Shown here: piece after piece, positions 12,095-29,385 of the stretch
Position numbering within the stretch: position 1 is the first letter of the stretch
How the letters are laid out: every line of letters begins with the position of its first letter
Origin: Octopus vulgaris
Taxonomy: Eukaryota
NCBI GenBank assembly: GCA_951406725.2
Contig: OX597817.1
Location: 56,296,001 to 56,360,000 of the forward strand
Direction: 5' to 3'
Length of the DNA: 64,000 nucleotides
The notes under the pieces: model-generated
What the model saw: only the letters and a program-made list of their open reading frames with translations
Told to the model about the DNA's origin: nothing
The model's database searches: none
Position numbers and translations under genes: made by a program

Positions 12095-12337
12095 TATGCA
12101 TCATGTAAGTGTGACTATATAAGATCGAACTGTATGTGGTTGATCAAATGCTTGTATCTAAGTAAATGGGATTTTTCTGTTTGTGTGTATATGTTGTTTG
12201 TATACATACATAGATATTTCTGTGTATTTGTGAGTGTCTACTGTACGTAAATAGATACACGTGTTTGTCTATGTATACATGATTATGTTATTCTGTTATT
12301 CTGTATCTATGTTACATCGTTGTCTGTGTCTATCTCT

Positions 12338-12377
<40 letters not shown>

Positions 12378-13059
12378 TCACGTCTATATATGTTAACGTG
12401 CGCATCTTGGTGCGCAGGGATTTATGTAAATTTCCGATTAGAAGTCAGTGGAAGGCGAGATACTAAACACAGCCCAGTATCCCGTGGCTACTCTAATGAG
12501 CCATGAATATGTAAATTTCGCGAGGAACTGGAGAATTATTTTACATCCATATATAAATAAGACATATTGAATTCCTATTGATACTCATGTGTTGCAACTG
12601 ACGCCTCCCGCCTCCGTACACTCCAATATAACCGAAACCCAAACACATACGCCAATATGTATGAACACAATTCTGTACACACACACGCACACACACATAC
12701 ACACACACATAAGATACTTCTGCCCTTCATTATCATCATCTCTCTCTCATTCACTGCACTCGTTCTGTTCTGTCTGAATATACCTGTATATTATATATAT
12801 ATATATGTGTGTGTGTGTGCGTATGTATATATGTATGCATATATGTATGTGTGTATGTATGTATGCGTGTATGTGTAATTATAAATACACGAGATTGAGT
12901 TTCCCAAAATATCTCTGACAGGCTTTTGCTCCCATCGTTATCTCACTTCTCCGCTCTCTGTAAACACCATACTCATACGTATATATAAGTATATATATGT
13001 ATATATATATATGTGTGTGTGTGAATATATATGTAGATATATATACATACATATACATA

Positions 13060-13113
<54 letters not shown>

Positions 13114-13153
13114 TATATATACACACATATATATATAGTTATGCATGTACATA

Positions 13154-13199
<46 letters not shown>

Positions 13200-13467
13200 C
13201 ATTTATATATTTATATATGTGGGTTGGTTGTTTTACGGCTAACGTATAATCTGTTATCTATTGCACCGACATTTTTTCCTTTAGTATGTGTTGGCGTGTG
13301 AGTGTGTTAACATGCGTGTGTAAGTAAATATGTGTGTGTGTGTGTGTGTGTGCTTGTGTACGTGTTTGTATGTACGTGTGAGTGTGTGTGTGTATCTGTG
13401 TGTGTAAAACGTTTTCTGTGTACATGAATCAGTATCTAAATATGTAGTTGGTGAGATGTAGAATGTG

Positions 13468-13505
<38 letters not shown>

Positions 13506-13692
13506 AATGTGTGTATAGTATGTGATACATACCTACACATATCCATTTCCTTAACAAATAATAGCATAGCAGTGAATCGTTGGACAGCGTTCGATCTGCA
13601 CATATATACATACACAGACACACACACGCGAAGTGAAAATCTCACGCAAGAAAAACATATACACTCGCACAGACATGCACAGATGCATGCAG

Positions 13693-13737
<45 letters not shown>

Positions 13738-13844
13738 TAGATAGATAGATAGATATAGATATAGATATACAGATATATATATAATATATATCTTTGTATA
13801 TATATGGGCATATATGTATGTCTCTTTCTCTCTCTCTTTATATA

Positions 13845-13933
<89 letters not shown>

Positions 13934-14290
13934 GAGTGTATGCATATATCGAAGAAATATACATTCACATCTATTCAAATGTAACATATATGAGTTGTAT
14001 ATATATATATGGTGTATATATATGTTTATACATACATACTCACACACACACACACACATATATATATATACGCACACACACACACATATATATAAATATA
14101 GATCTATATTCATATACATACATATATATATATGTGCACATGCACAGAGAGAATTTATTAATGCGTGTATGTGTTTGTGTGGGTCGTTGGGAGTGTATGT
14201 GTGGGTTCGTGCGTGTATTTTGTGAGCAGACACGTCAACATAAAGGATCGATATATCTTAAATCATGTTTTCCTATAAAGAAAACATATT

Positions 14291-14333
<43 letters not shown>

Positions 14334-14589
14334 CACACACACACACATGCGCACGCTCATATACAGGCGCGAACGCACACATGTAAATAAATATAGTTTT
14401 ATTGGCAGAGCTACACACACAAAGTTACGCGCGCGTACATCTACATAGAGAAAAAAGTTTATAAGACACACGCGCATGCGCGATTCGATTCCCATGCTCA
14501 TCTCTGGGCATAAACACAGACACCCACGTATTGGAATGTTTAGATGTGTGTATATAACAATAGCAGAAAACACGGTTAGCCATAATATG

Positions 14590-14620
<31 letters not shown>

Positions 14621-14849
14621 GTATATATATACATATATATACATATATACATATATATACATATATATGTATATATATACACACACACACATATATATAT
14701 ACATATATATACATATATATATACATACATACATAAATACACATATATGCATACATATATATAAATATGTATACATATATATACATACATACATATATAC
14801 ATACATTACATACATATATATATATACATATATATGTGTGTGTGTGTGT

Positions 14850-15058
14850 TCTTTTATTCTCTTATTTGTTTAAGTCATTTAACTGCGGCCATGCTGGAGT
14901 ACGACGTTTAATCGAACAAATCGACACCAGGACTAATTCTTTGTAAGCCTAGTACTTATTCCTATCGATCTCGTTAGCCGAAATGCTAAGTTACGGGGAC
15001 GTAAACACACCAACATCGGATGTCAAGCGATGGTGGGGGGACAAATGCGCGCACACAC

Positions 15059-15106
<48 letters not shown>

Positions 15107-15113
15107 TACGACG
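14850..15113 (-). mobile_element. SINE family A 3' half
   Basis: CTGCGGCCATGCTGGAG..AAATCGAC.CCAGGACT.ATTCTTTGTAAGCCTAGTACTTATTC matches other copies. Confidence 0.8.
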
Positions 15114-15288
15114 GGATATATATATATGCATATGTATATATATATATATTTATACACATATATATATGTGTGTATGTATATAAATATGTATTTGTGTGTA
15201 TATATATAAATATGTATTTCTGTATATATATTAATTTGAGTTCATATATATATATACATAATTGTATATATATGCATGTGTTATTTAT

Positions 15289-15323
<35 letters not shown>

Positions 15324-15587
15324 TATTCACAGACATGCACACGTACATATATATATATATATATACATATATATGTTGACACGCATATAAACACATATAT
15401 ATATTTATGTATACATGCATATATGTATATAGATGTGTGTGTGTGTGTCTTGGTGTCTGTGTGCATTTGTGTGTGTATGTTTGTAGAACCACTTGAGTTC
15501 ATTCTCTCGTTATCTTTACGATCTTATTGATTAATGCATTCTTCTAAATTTATTTAAACTCGTTATACATTATATACATATATATGT

Positions 15588-15635
<48 letters not shown>

Positions 15636-15661
15636 TTAATTTACATCTGCTCCCTGTCTAT

Positions 15662-15974
<313 letters not shown>

Positions 15975-16213
15975 CTTTTTTATTGTGGCCACACAGGGCT
16001 AAACACAGAATATAAATGGACGAAATACAATGTAGAGTTTTTTTCTTTTCGAGGTGGGATGGGTGGGACCTACAAAGAAAAAAAAAACCTTCGATCAATA
16101 GGGATCTGTGGGTTTTGTGGTGTATAAAAATGTAATATATGTATATATAAATAAAGTTCACAGTTTAGGTGTAGCCCTGGAAAGAAAAACCTACAAAAAT
16201 GACCAAGGTCACC

Positions 16214-19200
16214 TCAGACAGTTCGAAATTGAACACATGAGTAAGTCGCCTTACCTCTCGTTGTCTCTTTCATACTGACCTTTTTTGCCACTCTTACCCA
16301 CTTTTTATTAAAACATTCGTTCGACAAAGCCTTCCTCTCTATTCTCATCCTCCTTTTCAAGTGGTACTTGAAAAAGTTGACGAGAGACTGACCAGAGAGG
16401 AAGGTGTTTGTTTTCAATCCTTTCAAACGCGTCCATCACACACATTCTTTTGCCATAGCCATCAGCGTAACGAAAACCGTTTTCCCTTCCCGTTTAAAGG
16501 AAGGTGGTGGAACAATATTCAAGATAGACTCGGCCGATAAGCGAGCCCGTCCTACACGCAACAACAGCTATTCGACGAAGGTCCACAGCTCTGAAATATC
16601 TGGACAGTGCACGAGTCTGTGCAGAACGGTTTCGTCGTTCTGACCGCATCTCGGGCTGATCGGTCCGGTGATGATTTTCGAACCGTGCCTGTAGCTCTTC
16701 TCTCGAACAGGTAGTGCGTCTCGATAGCATTGCCAAGCCAGGGATTTCTGGAAGTTATCCATAGGCCCCGGCCCGAACGTCGTCCTGAACAGGCGGGTTA
16801 GGAATTTCTCATCGACACCCAGGTTTGCCCCGAGTGTGTCGTCGGACCTCCCCTCCACTAGTCCTCTATAGAACGCTTTAGTCGTTTGTAAGTTGCACAA
16901 GTTTGACCCCGGTCGGCAGAGCTGCTGTAGAGCTTGGCGACACTCTCGATGCCAGTCGACCAGTTTCGGTCTCTTCCTGATCCACGTTTGCAGTTCGGTC
17001 AGTGAGACGAGCTGCGGGAAGTTCGGGAGATGTCGCAGTCTCAGCGCATGCCTGCGCATCATCAACCACGGCATGCCTAGTCCTCCATTCAACAGATATT
17101 GAGAGCAAATGGACCTCCTCACCTTTGGAACGCCACCCTTCCACAGGAAGCGGAAGAGTATGCGTTCCAGTTTGGTGATGGTGGCGTCGGGACAAGGAAC
17201 GACGTTCAGGCGGTAATCGATGACGGATGCGATGTACGCGTTCGCCACCACCGCCCGACCTTTTAGATACAGCTTTCTCTCGGCCCATGTTTGGCTGAGA
17301 GCCACCACTCTACTCGTGATCTCATCCCAGTTCTTATCCATTTGGAGGTCCGGACTGAACCAGACCCCGAGCAATTTAACCCGTCCGTCCGTCCAGCGTC
17401 CCACTACTGAGCCGCAGTCAGACGGCATGGGCTTGCTTCTCCAGATGCCGAGTAGCAAACACACTGACTTTTCCGGGTTAATCTTCGCTCCCGTCACCGT
17501 TTCGTACCTTCTTAGTGTCTCGCCTATCATCTGGATGTGTTTGTCGTTCGACACTATGACGGTGACATCGTCTGCATATGCCGACACGCTCGTCCCGCAA
17601 CCCAGTTCCCGTGGGATGCCCCTCAGTGTCGCCAGCTTCCGCAGTAGCGGCTCGAGAGTCAATACGTACAGAAGCGCCAACAGGGGACACCCCTGACGTG
17701 TGATGTCAAACGGTTTCGACAGGTGACCGTTCACCCGAGTCACCGATCGGATGCCGCTATACAAGGCAGCGATCCAACCGCGGAAGACGGGACTGAAGCG
17801 AGCCGCCCTGAGGACGGCCGCCAAGTACCGCTGGTCGACCCTATCGAAGGCTTTAGACTGATCCAAATTGATCAGCGCCCCACCCATGCCAGGATCCTTA
17901 ACTACCCTGTCCACAATGTAGCGCATAAATTGGAGGTTGTCATGTCTGGTTCTGCCCGGCACGGTGCATATTTGCGCCCTGTCGACCAGTTTACCAATGA
18001 CAAGCGCCAACCTCTTGGCTATTATTTGGCCAAAATTTTCAAATCTGCATTAAGCAGAGTGATGGGCCTGAAATTATCTATAAAATTCCCCTTGTTTGGG
18101 TCTTTCTTCAGCAACGTCACTGCACCTCGGCTCACGAAGCCGGGGATTCTCTCGTTTTGTTTCCAGTTGCAGTAGACTGATGCCAAGAGGTCGCCAGACA
18201 AGTCTGGGATTTGACAATGCAGCTCGTAGGGTAAACCATCCAATCCAAGCGACTTATCCCTCGCGCAGCCCACCATCGCATCCCGCACGTCAGCGGCCGT
18301 GATGGGACTTTCACAACACTCCGCTTCTCTTGCCGAGAGCCGCGGCAGATTGGTCAGGTAGGCACTGAAATCCATCCCGCGTTCCGACCCACCACTCGCA
18401 CCAAACAGTCGAGCAAAGTGTTGTTGAAAGACCTCACAGATCCTTTCGGGTTCGCGTAAACTGCATCCCTGTTTATCTATTAGAGACCGAATGGTGGCTC
18501 TGTTGCCACGCTGCGCTTCTGCTACCCGGGCCTCTCGCGCAGCTTCGATCTCTTCGTTCCTTAAGGCACGCATTTTAGCTCTGACGACGCAACCCTCGTG
18601 CTTGGCGTTGAGGTGTTGGTCGAGGGCCATCCTCGCAGCCAGCACGCTGGTTGCGCTGCCAGTGGTAAGTGCCTCTTCTAGTTTCTTAACCAGGTCTCCC
18701 TCTACTCTGTTTCGATCTATCGCTAATTCCGTGCTAAACCTAATTGATTCCGATTTTATTGCCATTTTCAGGGCGAGCCACCAGCAGTTGTTAACGACGG
18801 CTCCCGTCAGCGCCCTCTTAATTAACTCGCTAATCCGGTTCCTGTAAACCTGTCGCGCTAAGAGCGACGTGTTCAGTTCCCAGTAACCGGGACTCTGTCT
18901 ATGTGTCTTATCTAAGTCGAGCGTATACGTCACAAATTTGTGATCTGTGTAGCAGACTATTTTAAATTGTGGACATCCTACACTATCCCTATCCGCTGTC
19001 CTGCATAGAATTCTATCAAGATAAGATCTCGACGATCCGGCGCGGTTTGTCCAAGTCCACGTTGGCACGTTCGGATGGTCGAGTCGGAACCTGTCAGACA
19101 AATGGAAACGTCTGAGTAGGTCTTTGAGGCAGTTACAGCCCCTTCTATTCCTATCCATTCCCACATAATCTAGATGCGTGTCCAAGGTAGCGTTCCAATC

Positions 19201-19620
19201 CCTTACTAACAGTAAAGGTCTAGACGTACCCAGGAAAAACTCTAGACGTCTGAAGAAATCCGCCCGACCCGTTAAGGACGGTGCATATACTGCCATCAGT
19301 CGGAATGCACACCCATTTCTGCCATCCACGTCCAAGACAACCAGCCTACCCTCCGGGTCTAGGAATATTATTCTTACTTTTATATTTAGACTCTTTCGAA
19401 AAAGTACCGCGGTACCTCCACCGCCCATGTTCGGCAGACAGGGAGAAAAATAAATGTCGAATTGATCGCCATACATGGACGCGAGGGCCCGTGGCTTGCT
19501 GAATCTGGTTTCACTGATAGCTACTATATCCACGTTCAGTGACTTGATGTCGTTTAGAAGGTAACCTTGTTTCCAAGCCGACGCCAAGCCACGAGCATTC
19601 ACACAACCTATTTTAAGCAT
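16214..19620 (-). pseudogene. Tx1 ORF2 (APE endonuclease, RT, C-terminal Cys/His motif), disrupted
   Basis: NARGL, AISETR, VYAP, DWNA, SYLDRI, TDHK; FRPITLLNADLKILAK, LDQSKAFDRV, RQGCPL, AYADD, LAWQCYRDALPV, PRCGQNDETVLHRLVHC. Frameshift at about 18011-18024, in-frame stop at 16568, further stop downstream. Confidence 0.92.
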
Positions 19621-19932
19621 AATTGACGTTTAAGAAATTTGTGTTTCACACACTACATTGGAAGAGACAAGAGGCAAGAGGGAAGGTCACTTACCCATTT
19701 CGAAAGTTTCAGTCTTTTCTTCATCTTTTGTAGTGTCTTTGAGGAGGTGTTTGAATAGTTTTTGGGAGAGGTATTTTTGAACCCCCCCCCCTACCGCAAT
19801 TGGAAATATGGTTTTCAGTGTATGGTGTTGTGTTTGTGTTATGAGTAAAATTCTTATGTGTTTCGGTGGAGTGGTGCGCGGATGATTATTTGTATTAAAG
19901 TCATCTTCGCAGATGTTCGTGTTGGATGCAAT

Positions 19933-21793
19933 TTAATCCATTAGTTTTTTATTGTCCGTGTCTATTGCTGTTAGTTGTGTGTGTGGTTTTGCAGGGTCAT
20001 TGATTTTTTTATTGTCTAAGGGGATGCTGTCCGGAGATAAATATCTCCCTGCTTTACTTACTTGTTTGGTGGGCTTTTTTGGTCTTTTCCTTTTACCCCC
20101 TGTATCTATTTGCCATTCCGTCGAACGTTCACCGTTTGACGACAAGTCCCACGAATCAGAAGGAGGTAAAGGCAAAGCATTTGCGTTAATATGCATGTTT
20201 GTAGAAATTGTTGATGTTTTGTGCGGTGTTTGTGTTGTTGTGGTGTTAGGGGTAGAATTTGTCTTCTCGTCACTGTTTTCTGTTTTTTCTTTTGTTGTCG
20301 TCCTTGGTGCTTGTGTTGGTCTATCTTTTGGTGTTGTTTCAGTATGTTGAATTGGTTGCGACATCAACGGTGATTGTGTTGGTACTGTTTCTTTTCTTGG
20401 TGATGTTGTTGGGGTTTGTTTGCTGGTTTGTTGTTTTTCTTGGCATTGTTCCATCATTGAGTGTGGTGTTGGTGTTGGTGTTGGCAACAAAGGTTTTTTA
20501 TTTGTTTTCTGATTTGTTCTTTCTTGTTTACTCTGTGCCAGAACGCACTTTGCAATTAAATGTTCTGGGCTGCCACAGTTGTAGCATCTTGGCTTTTTAC
20601 CTTCTGCTACAACATATAGGCTTTGCCCATTTTCTAAATGGATCCTATCAGGAAGTTTCTCTATAGAGGACCCATCAATCTGGATGGTCACTACTATTGA
20701 TTTACCACCCCAATTGTCATTTTTGTACTCGGCGATTTCTAATATGTTTATCGTTTTTGAATGATAACATATCGCCGATGTTATCCATTTGTGTGGTATG
20801 TCTGTTGGGACATTTTTAATTGTAATTTTGCTCACTCTTTGGCCTTTGTAATATGGTATCATGATGATTTCATCATTTTGCAAAGGCTCCGTAGAGTGAG
20901 CTTTTGCCACTTCCTGGTTAGTTAAGCGGACCACCACTATATTAAACTGGGGACCCCAGTTTATATATTCTTTTATTTCATTATGCTTTTTGCACACTTT
21001 TCAATGTCCGTTTTTGTGATCTGTTCATTTTGTTTTTTGGCTTTTTTAAATAATTTTATATATAATTGTTTGGTTTTCTATTTGTTCCTTTATGTGTTGA
21101 GGTGTATGCAATACTAAATCCTGCCCTTGGGTTGTGAAGAGTGATCTTGTCTCTATCAACTCTTCATTCGTGAACTGTATAATTTCTTTTTTTCTGACGC
21201 AGAGTGTCAGCGAAATTTACTTTTATATTCTGGCAGTTGTTGTCGTTGTGTGTTTGTGTTGTTGTTGTATCCGAAATATTCTTGGACGTGGCTTTTCCAG
21301 GTATTGTTGAATCTGTTATGATAATATCTTCACTATTAGATGGTAAAATATTTATTTCATTTTTGTTGTTCTTGTTGATGTTGTTGTCTTTGTTAATTGT
21401 ATTTGCATTATTTTCATTTTTATCATTTATGTTGGTGGTAGTGGTGGAGGTGGTGGTTGTGGGTATATTAGGTGTATGGTTGCTGATCATGCAATTAGCA
21501 AGGGGTGTTAGTAGCAAAGGAGGCAGTCGTAGTCGCAGATATTGTAGTGGCGGCATTCGTATTGACGGCACGGTCTTTGGTGGCGGTGATCTTGGTATTG
21601 TTATTTTTGTTGTTAGCAGAGGTAGCAATTGTGGTAGCAGAAGCTGCCATGGTGGTGGTGTCGGTGTTGATGGTGGAATCATTGGTGGCGGTGACGGTCT
21701 TGGCCTTGCGACCTTTGTTTTGTAGTTGTTGCTGTTGTCGATGCTGATGGTGGTGGTGGTGGTGGTGGTGGTTGTGTTGTATGTAGCGTTCAA
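19933..21793 (-). pseudogene. Tx1 ORF1 (gag-like, zinc knuckle), broken into two ORFs
   Basis: CYNCGSPEHLIAKC CCHC knuckle, RRM-like KITIKNVP segment, and Thr/Pro-rich low-complexity ends. Break at about 21000-21165. Confidence 0.8.
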
Positions 21794-22105
21794 ACAGTCA
21801 AGTTCAGCGCGTGGTGACAGGGAATCTTGCTTTTTGTTTTGGCGTCACGCTTCAGTTGCACCTCAGCCTCGTGGTGACCAGTAGCCATTTTTGAAAATAA
21901 AAATGGCTAAAATACAACGTGAGGCCTATGAGAATATTTAAAATTTTGCCCACAAAGGGCGAAATTTTTTGTGGATATTTATCAAGGTTTGCAGTGGGTG
22001 TTGTTGCACAACTTTTAAACACAAAATATTTGACAATAAACACTTTTGAACGTACAAAATGACCAACTTACTTGGAGTCCATTTGACTTGCGTCTGTCTA
22101 TCCAG

Positions 22106-22190
<85 letters not shown>

Positions 22191-23224
22191 TACACGCAGT
22201 TTTGCATGTGACACATACATATACGCTAACATATATGTGCATATAGGTGAATATGTGTGTGTGTGTTTGTGTGTGTATGTGTGTTTGTGTCTATTTGTCA
22301 GTCTGTTTGTACAGACATTCGTACATTTATATAAACATCCGTCTCTACAAATACATAGATCTACTTTCATCGCTAATATTGTATATCGCATCCCGTTCTC
22401 TGTGTTTGTGTACTAAACTGTTGGTAAATCATAGACCAACTCACATGACATCTACACCTAAGTAGTTATTATTTTAAATATCACAACTACAAGTTTGTTA
22501 TATTCAACTTGGATCCACAATTATTTAAGCAGTGGAGCAATCGCTCAAGTCTGCGCGTCTCCTGTCGATTGGCGCAAACATGGTGGAGCCGTTGATGAGT
22601 TCGCTTCATAAGTCTTTGATTCGGCCTCAGCGCATGGTACCTCGGTGTCTTTTATCATAGTCTGAGATTAACGAAACCCTTGTGAGTAAGCAGAATTAGT
22701 GTTATGTGGTTGAGTAGTTCTCTGGGAAAATATCTGATGACTTTCCAGTCTTACTTTGCGGCAATGTTGGCAAGAGTTTTGCTATCATAGTTTCAGATCT
22801 ATAAATTCTTGTGAAAGAAATTTGATAATTGAAGATCCGTACGGAAGCTTGCCGATGTGTGGGTACCTGTCATACTTGTGGGTTTAGACTTAACCTTGAT
22901 TATAATTCATCATGAACGGCACGTAAACAAATGAGAATATAAATGCATGCCTACATACAAACCTAATGGTTTGATGTTCGGTTCATAATCCTAAGACTGA
23001 GGTTTCAAATTTTGGCCCGAATAACATATTGTGCTCTTTAGGGAGAAACTCTATTTCACAATGCTCCGGTTTCCATGATTCTAACGAGTATATTCCGGTT
23101 ACTGGTGCTGTCCTTTATCTCTCCTTCCATATGTCATTTCCCGAGTGTTCCTCGGGGCCAAGGGAAAGGAGGCCGAGAGAGTTTATATATCTGTTAGTAA
23201 CAATGTCCACCTCATGCTTCAGTC

Positions 23225-23525
23225 TTCGCTACAGTGTGGTGGTTTGTGTGCCTCAATGGCCCTGAGATCCATGTTAGCAAGGTGCAACCCCTGGCCGGGC
23301 CTGTCATGGTAAATAGGTCAAAGAATGGAGGCCAGATTAATATGAACCACGCCTTTCCACAAGTAAAAATAGGTTTGCGTAGGGCCAATAACTATTCCAA
23401 GCAAAAAAAGTAAAGTTACTGAACAACCAATGTCATTTTAAAACCAAACAAGAATTGTAAGAGGAAGGCTTCACATAGTACAGCAAAACCCGAAAGCAAG
23501 TTGCACGGCTGCCCCCTTTCTGGCC
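23225..23525 (+). mobile_element. Possible RTE-type LINE 5' UTR remnant
   Basis: GTGGTGG..TTGTGTGCCTCAATG.CCCTGAGA..CATG..GGCCAGA resembles RTE 5' UTRs. Recognition only, no ORF. Confidence 0.35.
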
Positions 23526-23729
23526 ACTCAGAAACGGTTCAGATACAAGAACTGTAATGAAAAGTCGTTGATGGCCTTTGTGCCATATGGAGAGAAGGGC
23601 TTACGGAAGTAAGTCTTACTTACATAAAACCTTAAAACAAATAACGAACGCGAGGTAAATGGTACTAAGGCATACGCACTCGCGAAGTGAATGCATGTTG
23701 TACCCATACACACATGTTTAGAAATACTT

Positions 23730-24370
23730 ATTGATAATTATACTTTGAATATTAGATGACACCCCTTACACGACAGGACCTTGTCTTCCGAACACCAGGA
23801 ATGCGATATCTTCGTACAGTAGTCTTCCATGCAACAGTGTCGTGGAGTATTAATGCTACGATGGTATGTTTGCCTTCTTAATCCGTCATATAGTTTAATA
23901 AACCCTTCTGGCCCTCTGGTTCTTTCAGTAAAGTGCATTCCATTCCAAATATTCGGTTCAGGTATCTGGCCTGAGTATAACATTCCTTCGTAATTTCCAC
24001 AAAACAGTGCCAGAGACTGTGAAATTAGTTCAAGCATGCAGTCTTCCTTCATCTGATTGACACAATTGGAAAAATATAATTAGGCATTTATCATTATGTT
24101 GTTTCGGATAAAATTTGGATACAAACAAATTATATTGCAAAAACCAAATGTATTTTAATAAAAAAATTAGTACACATTTTCTTGGTAAATTTTCTCGTAA
24201 GATTATTTTAAGAATCTGTCTTCCGATTCGATAACTGCTTGAATGCGCGCCAAAAATCCTTGATATGTCTGCCTTAAATCATCGCTTCGACAATCCCAAA
24301 CGTTCAGTGAAGTTATGATATCGTAAAGATGTCGATTAGTTTTCCTTTCACCAGCATTTCAAAAGTAGTA
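23730..24370 (-). mobile_element. Possible highly degenerate Tc1-like transposase remnant
   Basis: Fragmentary PNIWN and terminal ..SCKGCH motifs at plausible spacing; many lesions. Confidence 0.3.
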
Positions 24371-24388
24371 GTCTCTAGAAAATATCAT

Positions 24389-24508
24389 CATTTACATTAT
24401 TTACATTTGACGGATATTTGTCCTCATCTTGTTTCTTGTTAACACAACGTTTCGGCTGATACACCCACCAGCCTTCATCAGGTGTCTTGGAGAAATTTCG
24501 AACCTGGG
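24389..24508 (-). mobile_element. Inverted copy of the HHR-containing tail at 26337-26460
   Basis: Reverse complement aligns with 26337-26460. HHR at 24441-24486: GACAC-CTGATGA-A-GGCTG-loop-CAGCC-GAAA-CG-TT|GTGTT. Confidence 0.85.
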
Positions 24509-24578
24509 CATATAGCATAATGGTTAAGAGCGCGGCTACTAATCCCAAGATTCTGAGTTCAATTTCAAGCAGTGACAT
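24507..24578 (+). mobile_element. tRNA-derived (Pol III) SINE head
   Basis: A-box-like TAGCATAATGG, anticodon-arm-like GGCTACTAATCC, B-box-like GAGTTCAATT at tRNA-like spacing. Confidence 0.7.
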
Positions 24579-26310
<1,732 letters not shown>

Positions 26311-26359
26311 GTAATAGTAACATCGAAAAATGAAGACCCAGGTTCGAAATATCCCCCAA

Positions 26360-26405
26360 AACACCTGATGAAGGTTGGAGAGTATATCAGCCGAAACGTT
26401 GTGTT
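26360..26405 (+). ncRNA. Minimal type I hammerhead (PLE-type, palindromic ACGT stem III)
   Basis: AACAC-CTGATGA-A-GGTTG-gagagtatat-CAGCC-GAAA-CG-TT|GTGTT. All stems pair; predicted cut after 26400. Confidence 0.85.
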
Positions 26406-27050
26406 AACAACAAATAAGATGAAGATAAATACCCGTCAAATGTAAATAATATAAATAATGTACAGAATTCCCCATCTCTTAGATATAGAAGTGTATTATC
26501 TAGGAATTAAATCAGTTGGAGCTCACAAGTTTGGTGGCACATGATAGTAGATTTTCTTTGACGTCCATTCTTGGATTCTGTGGGCTTTGGGAAAAGATAC
26601 TGAGTCTTTCTAAAACACGTATGAACTTTTGACGCGTACTTCATCCGTCCAGGGCTTAACAACTCGCTCCATCGGCTGAACGTATCCAGCAGCTAAATAA
26701 TTGTCCTCTTTGAAAGCTATAGCAATTTTTGAAGAATTCCTGTTTCTTGGAGATTATCACTTTCTCTCAGCTGGTGTTGCTATCACTGACCGTAAAAGGG
26801 ATTGGTCTACTCACGAAGCGATGATAATTTGAATACATAACACAAAATTATTCGGCGTTGCTGTTCAAATATACACTGTTAGTCTCTCAGAGTTATTTAT
26901 CAGACCACATTCTCAGACATACACCACATACATATGTAGGTGTATGTCTGAATACACGTACATATTCAGACATACACAAACATGTACGCAAGTCTCTTCA
27001 TGCATACACGATCATACACACACACACACACACAACACATGAACATACAC

Positions 27051-27095
<45 letters not shown>

Positions 27096-27175
27096 CTATT
27101 ATACATATACACATATATATAAATATATATAGATATATACACACAGACACACTGACACACACACATGTTTGTGTG

Positions 27176-27212
<37 letters not shown>

Positions 27213-27842
27213 CACATAAATACCGTATATATCATGATATCTCGAAAAAAGGTACGAATACTCTAAAAGATCTATTGATTTATTCCACATTTTTCTCAGT
27301 CTGTTCTTGTTGTTGTTGTTCTTCTTGTCGTCAGTGATGGCGGAGATGGTAGTGGTGGTGGCGGTTAGGATTATGATGATGATGTTGATGATGATGATGG
27401 TGGGGTGGGTAAGAAGAAGAAAAAGAAGAAGAAGAAGAAGAAGAAGAAGGAGAAGAAGAAGAAGAAGAAGAAGAAGAAGAAGAAGAAGAAGAAGAAGAAG
27501 AAGAAGAAGAAGAAGAAGAAGAAGAAGAAGAAGAAGACGAAGTGGAAGCAGAGCACGCAGACAAAAAGAAAAAAAGAGAGTTACAACTAAAAGGGAGATA
27601 AACCATGTCTAACTCTACTTTCAAATGGATCAAAGCAACGTTTCGCCATTGCACCGTTTCTTCTTCACTTTCCATTATCTACTTGGCTCGGGGTTAGTGT
27701 TATCAGGTCGCCATTCCTTGATAAACCATTTCCTATCGCCCCTTTCAGCACACCACACCATCTCCCCTCTCCCAACAGTTCCATCTTCCATTTTATCATT
27801 TCGTCTCTTCTTTCCCTCTCTCTCTCTCTTTCTCTCACTCTC

Positions 27843-27890
<48 letters not shown>

Positions 27891-28886
27891 CTCGCTCGCC
27901 AACCACCTACTACTCCCCTCCCTCTGTTTTGTTGTCTTCCATAATATCTACCCAGTAGGCAATGTACTGGAATTGTCTTGTGTCTAGAAACACGGAACTT
28001 GAAAGAATAACCACACACACATACACATAGACACATACACACACACATACACACACATACACACACACACACATACAGACGCCTTTAACATTTCTCACAG
28101 ATACATACATACATATTTATATATATAACTATAACACTAGAGTAGATACAGATACACACATAATATATTCACACGTACATATATATATATATGTATATAT
28201 AAAGAGAGAGAGAGGGTGAGTAAGAGACAGAGAAAGAAAGAGAGAGAGAGAAAGAGAGACAGATATACACACACTGACTCAAATACATACAGACTTTTTC
28301 TGCGGAAGGAAGGTACAAAATTGATTGTGATGGATGGCGAGGATGTCTTTCAAAGAGGAATGATATATATGTATGCATGTATGGAAATCAGAAAAGAGAG
28401 AAAGAGAGAAAGAGAGAAGGCACGTTGACTCCTATACACACTTTCCAACAGTAAAAGAATGATGTTCACAAAACACGACTGGCAATGGACTGAGGGAGTA
28501 TTTTGTAGAAATGGTAAATGCATGTACAAGATTGTATATATGAGCGTGTGAGATTCTGCGCATGTATGTATGCATGGTATGGATACCTGAGCAATGGAGA
28601 CTCTTCGTGTTTTCTGAACTGGTGTCTTTCTTTCTTCACCAACTATGAGCTGGACATTGATGATTATTTCTGCAGGTCATAAAATTCTTCCATTCCTGAA
28701 ATGTTTCAGCGTAGAGGCCATTTCTCAATGGCTTCTTGTACTATTCCAACGAAGCCATCTTATTGTTTGGTAGTCGAAAGAAAACTATCAACTTGCTCCT
28801 GGTACCATCTTTAAAGGCACACGCATTAGTATATAAATATATTCGTATTTACGTATGCTTACATGTGTGTGAGCGTGCGTGTGTTT

Positions 28887-28949
<63 letters not shown>

Positions 28950-28952
<3 letters not shown>

Positions 28953-29217
28953 GCGCAGGCGTTACTGTGAGGTAAGTAGCTTGCTTCCAAACCAAATGGT
29001 TCCGGGTTCAGTCCCACTGCGTAGCACTTTGATAAACGTCTTCTACTATAGCCTGGGACCGATCAATGCTTTGTGAGTGGAGTTAGTAGGCAGAGACTGA
29101 AAGAAGCTCTACGAATATGTATATATATATATATAGCGTGAAACTAATACACATGTTTGTTCTTCGTACACCCGACTTCGTCTTTTGTTTTTCTGAAAAG
29201 TTTAAGTACTTGTGCGA

Positions 29218-29290
<73 letters not shown>

Positions 29291-29385
29291 TGTGTGTGTA
29301 TCTGTATTTCTTTATGTCCCCATTGCCGTTCGACAACTGGTGTTACTGCACTTTGCAGTTGGGCAAAAAGGGACCGAAAGAATGA
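28950..29385 (+). mobile_element. SINE family A copy (interrupted, 3' degenerate)
   Basis: AGGCGCAGGCG..GGTAAGTAGCTTGCTTCCAAACC..GGTTCCGGGTTCAGTCCCACTGCG head and body. Confidence 0.8.
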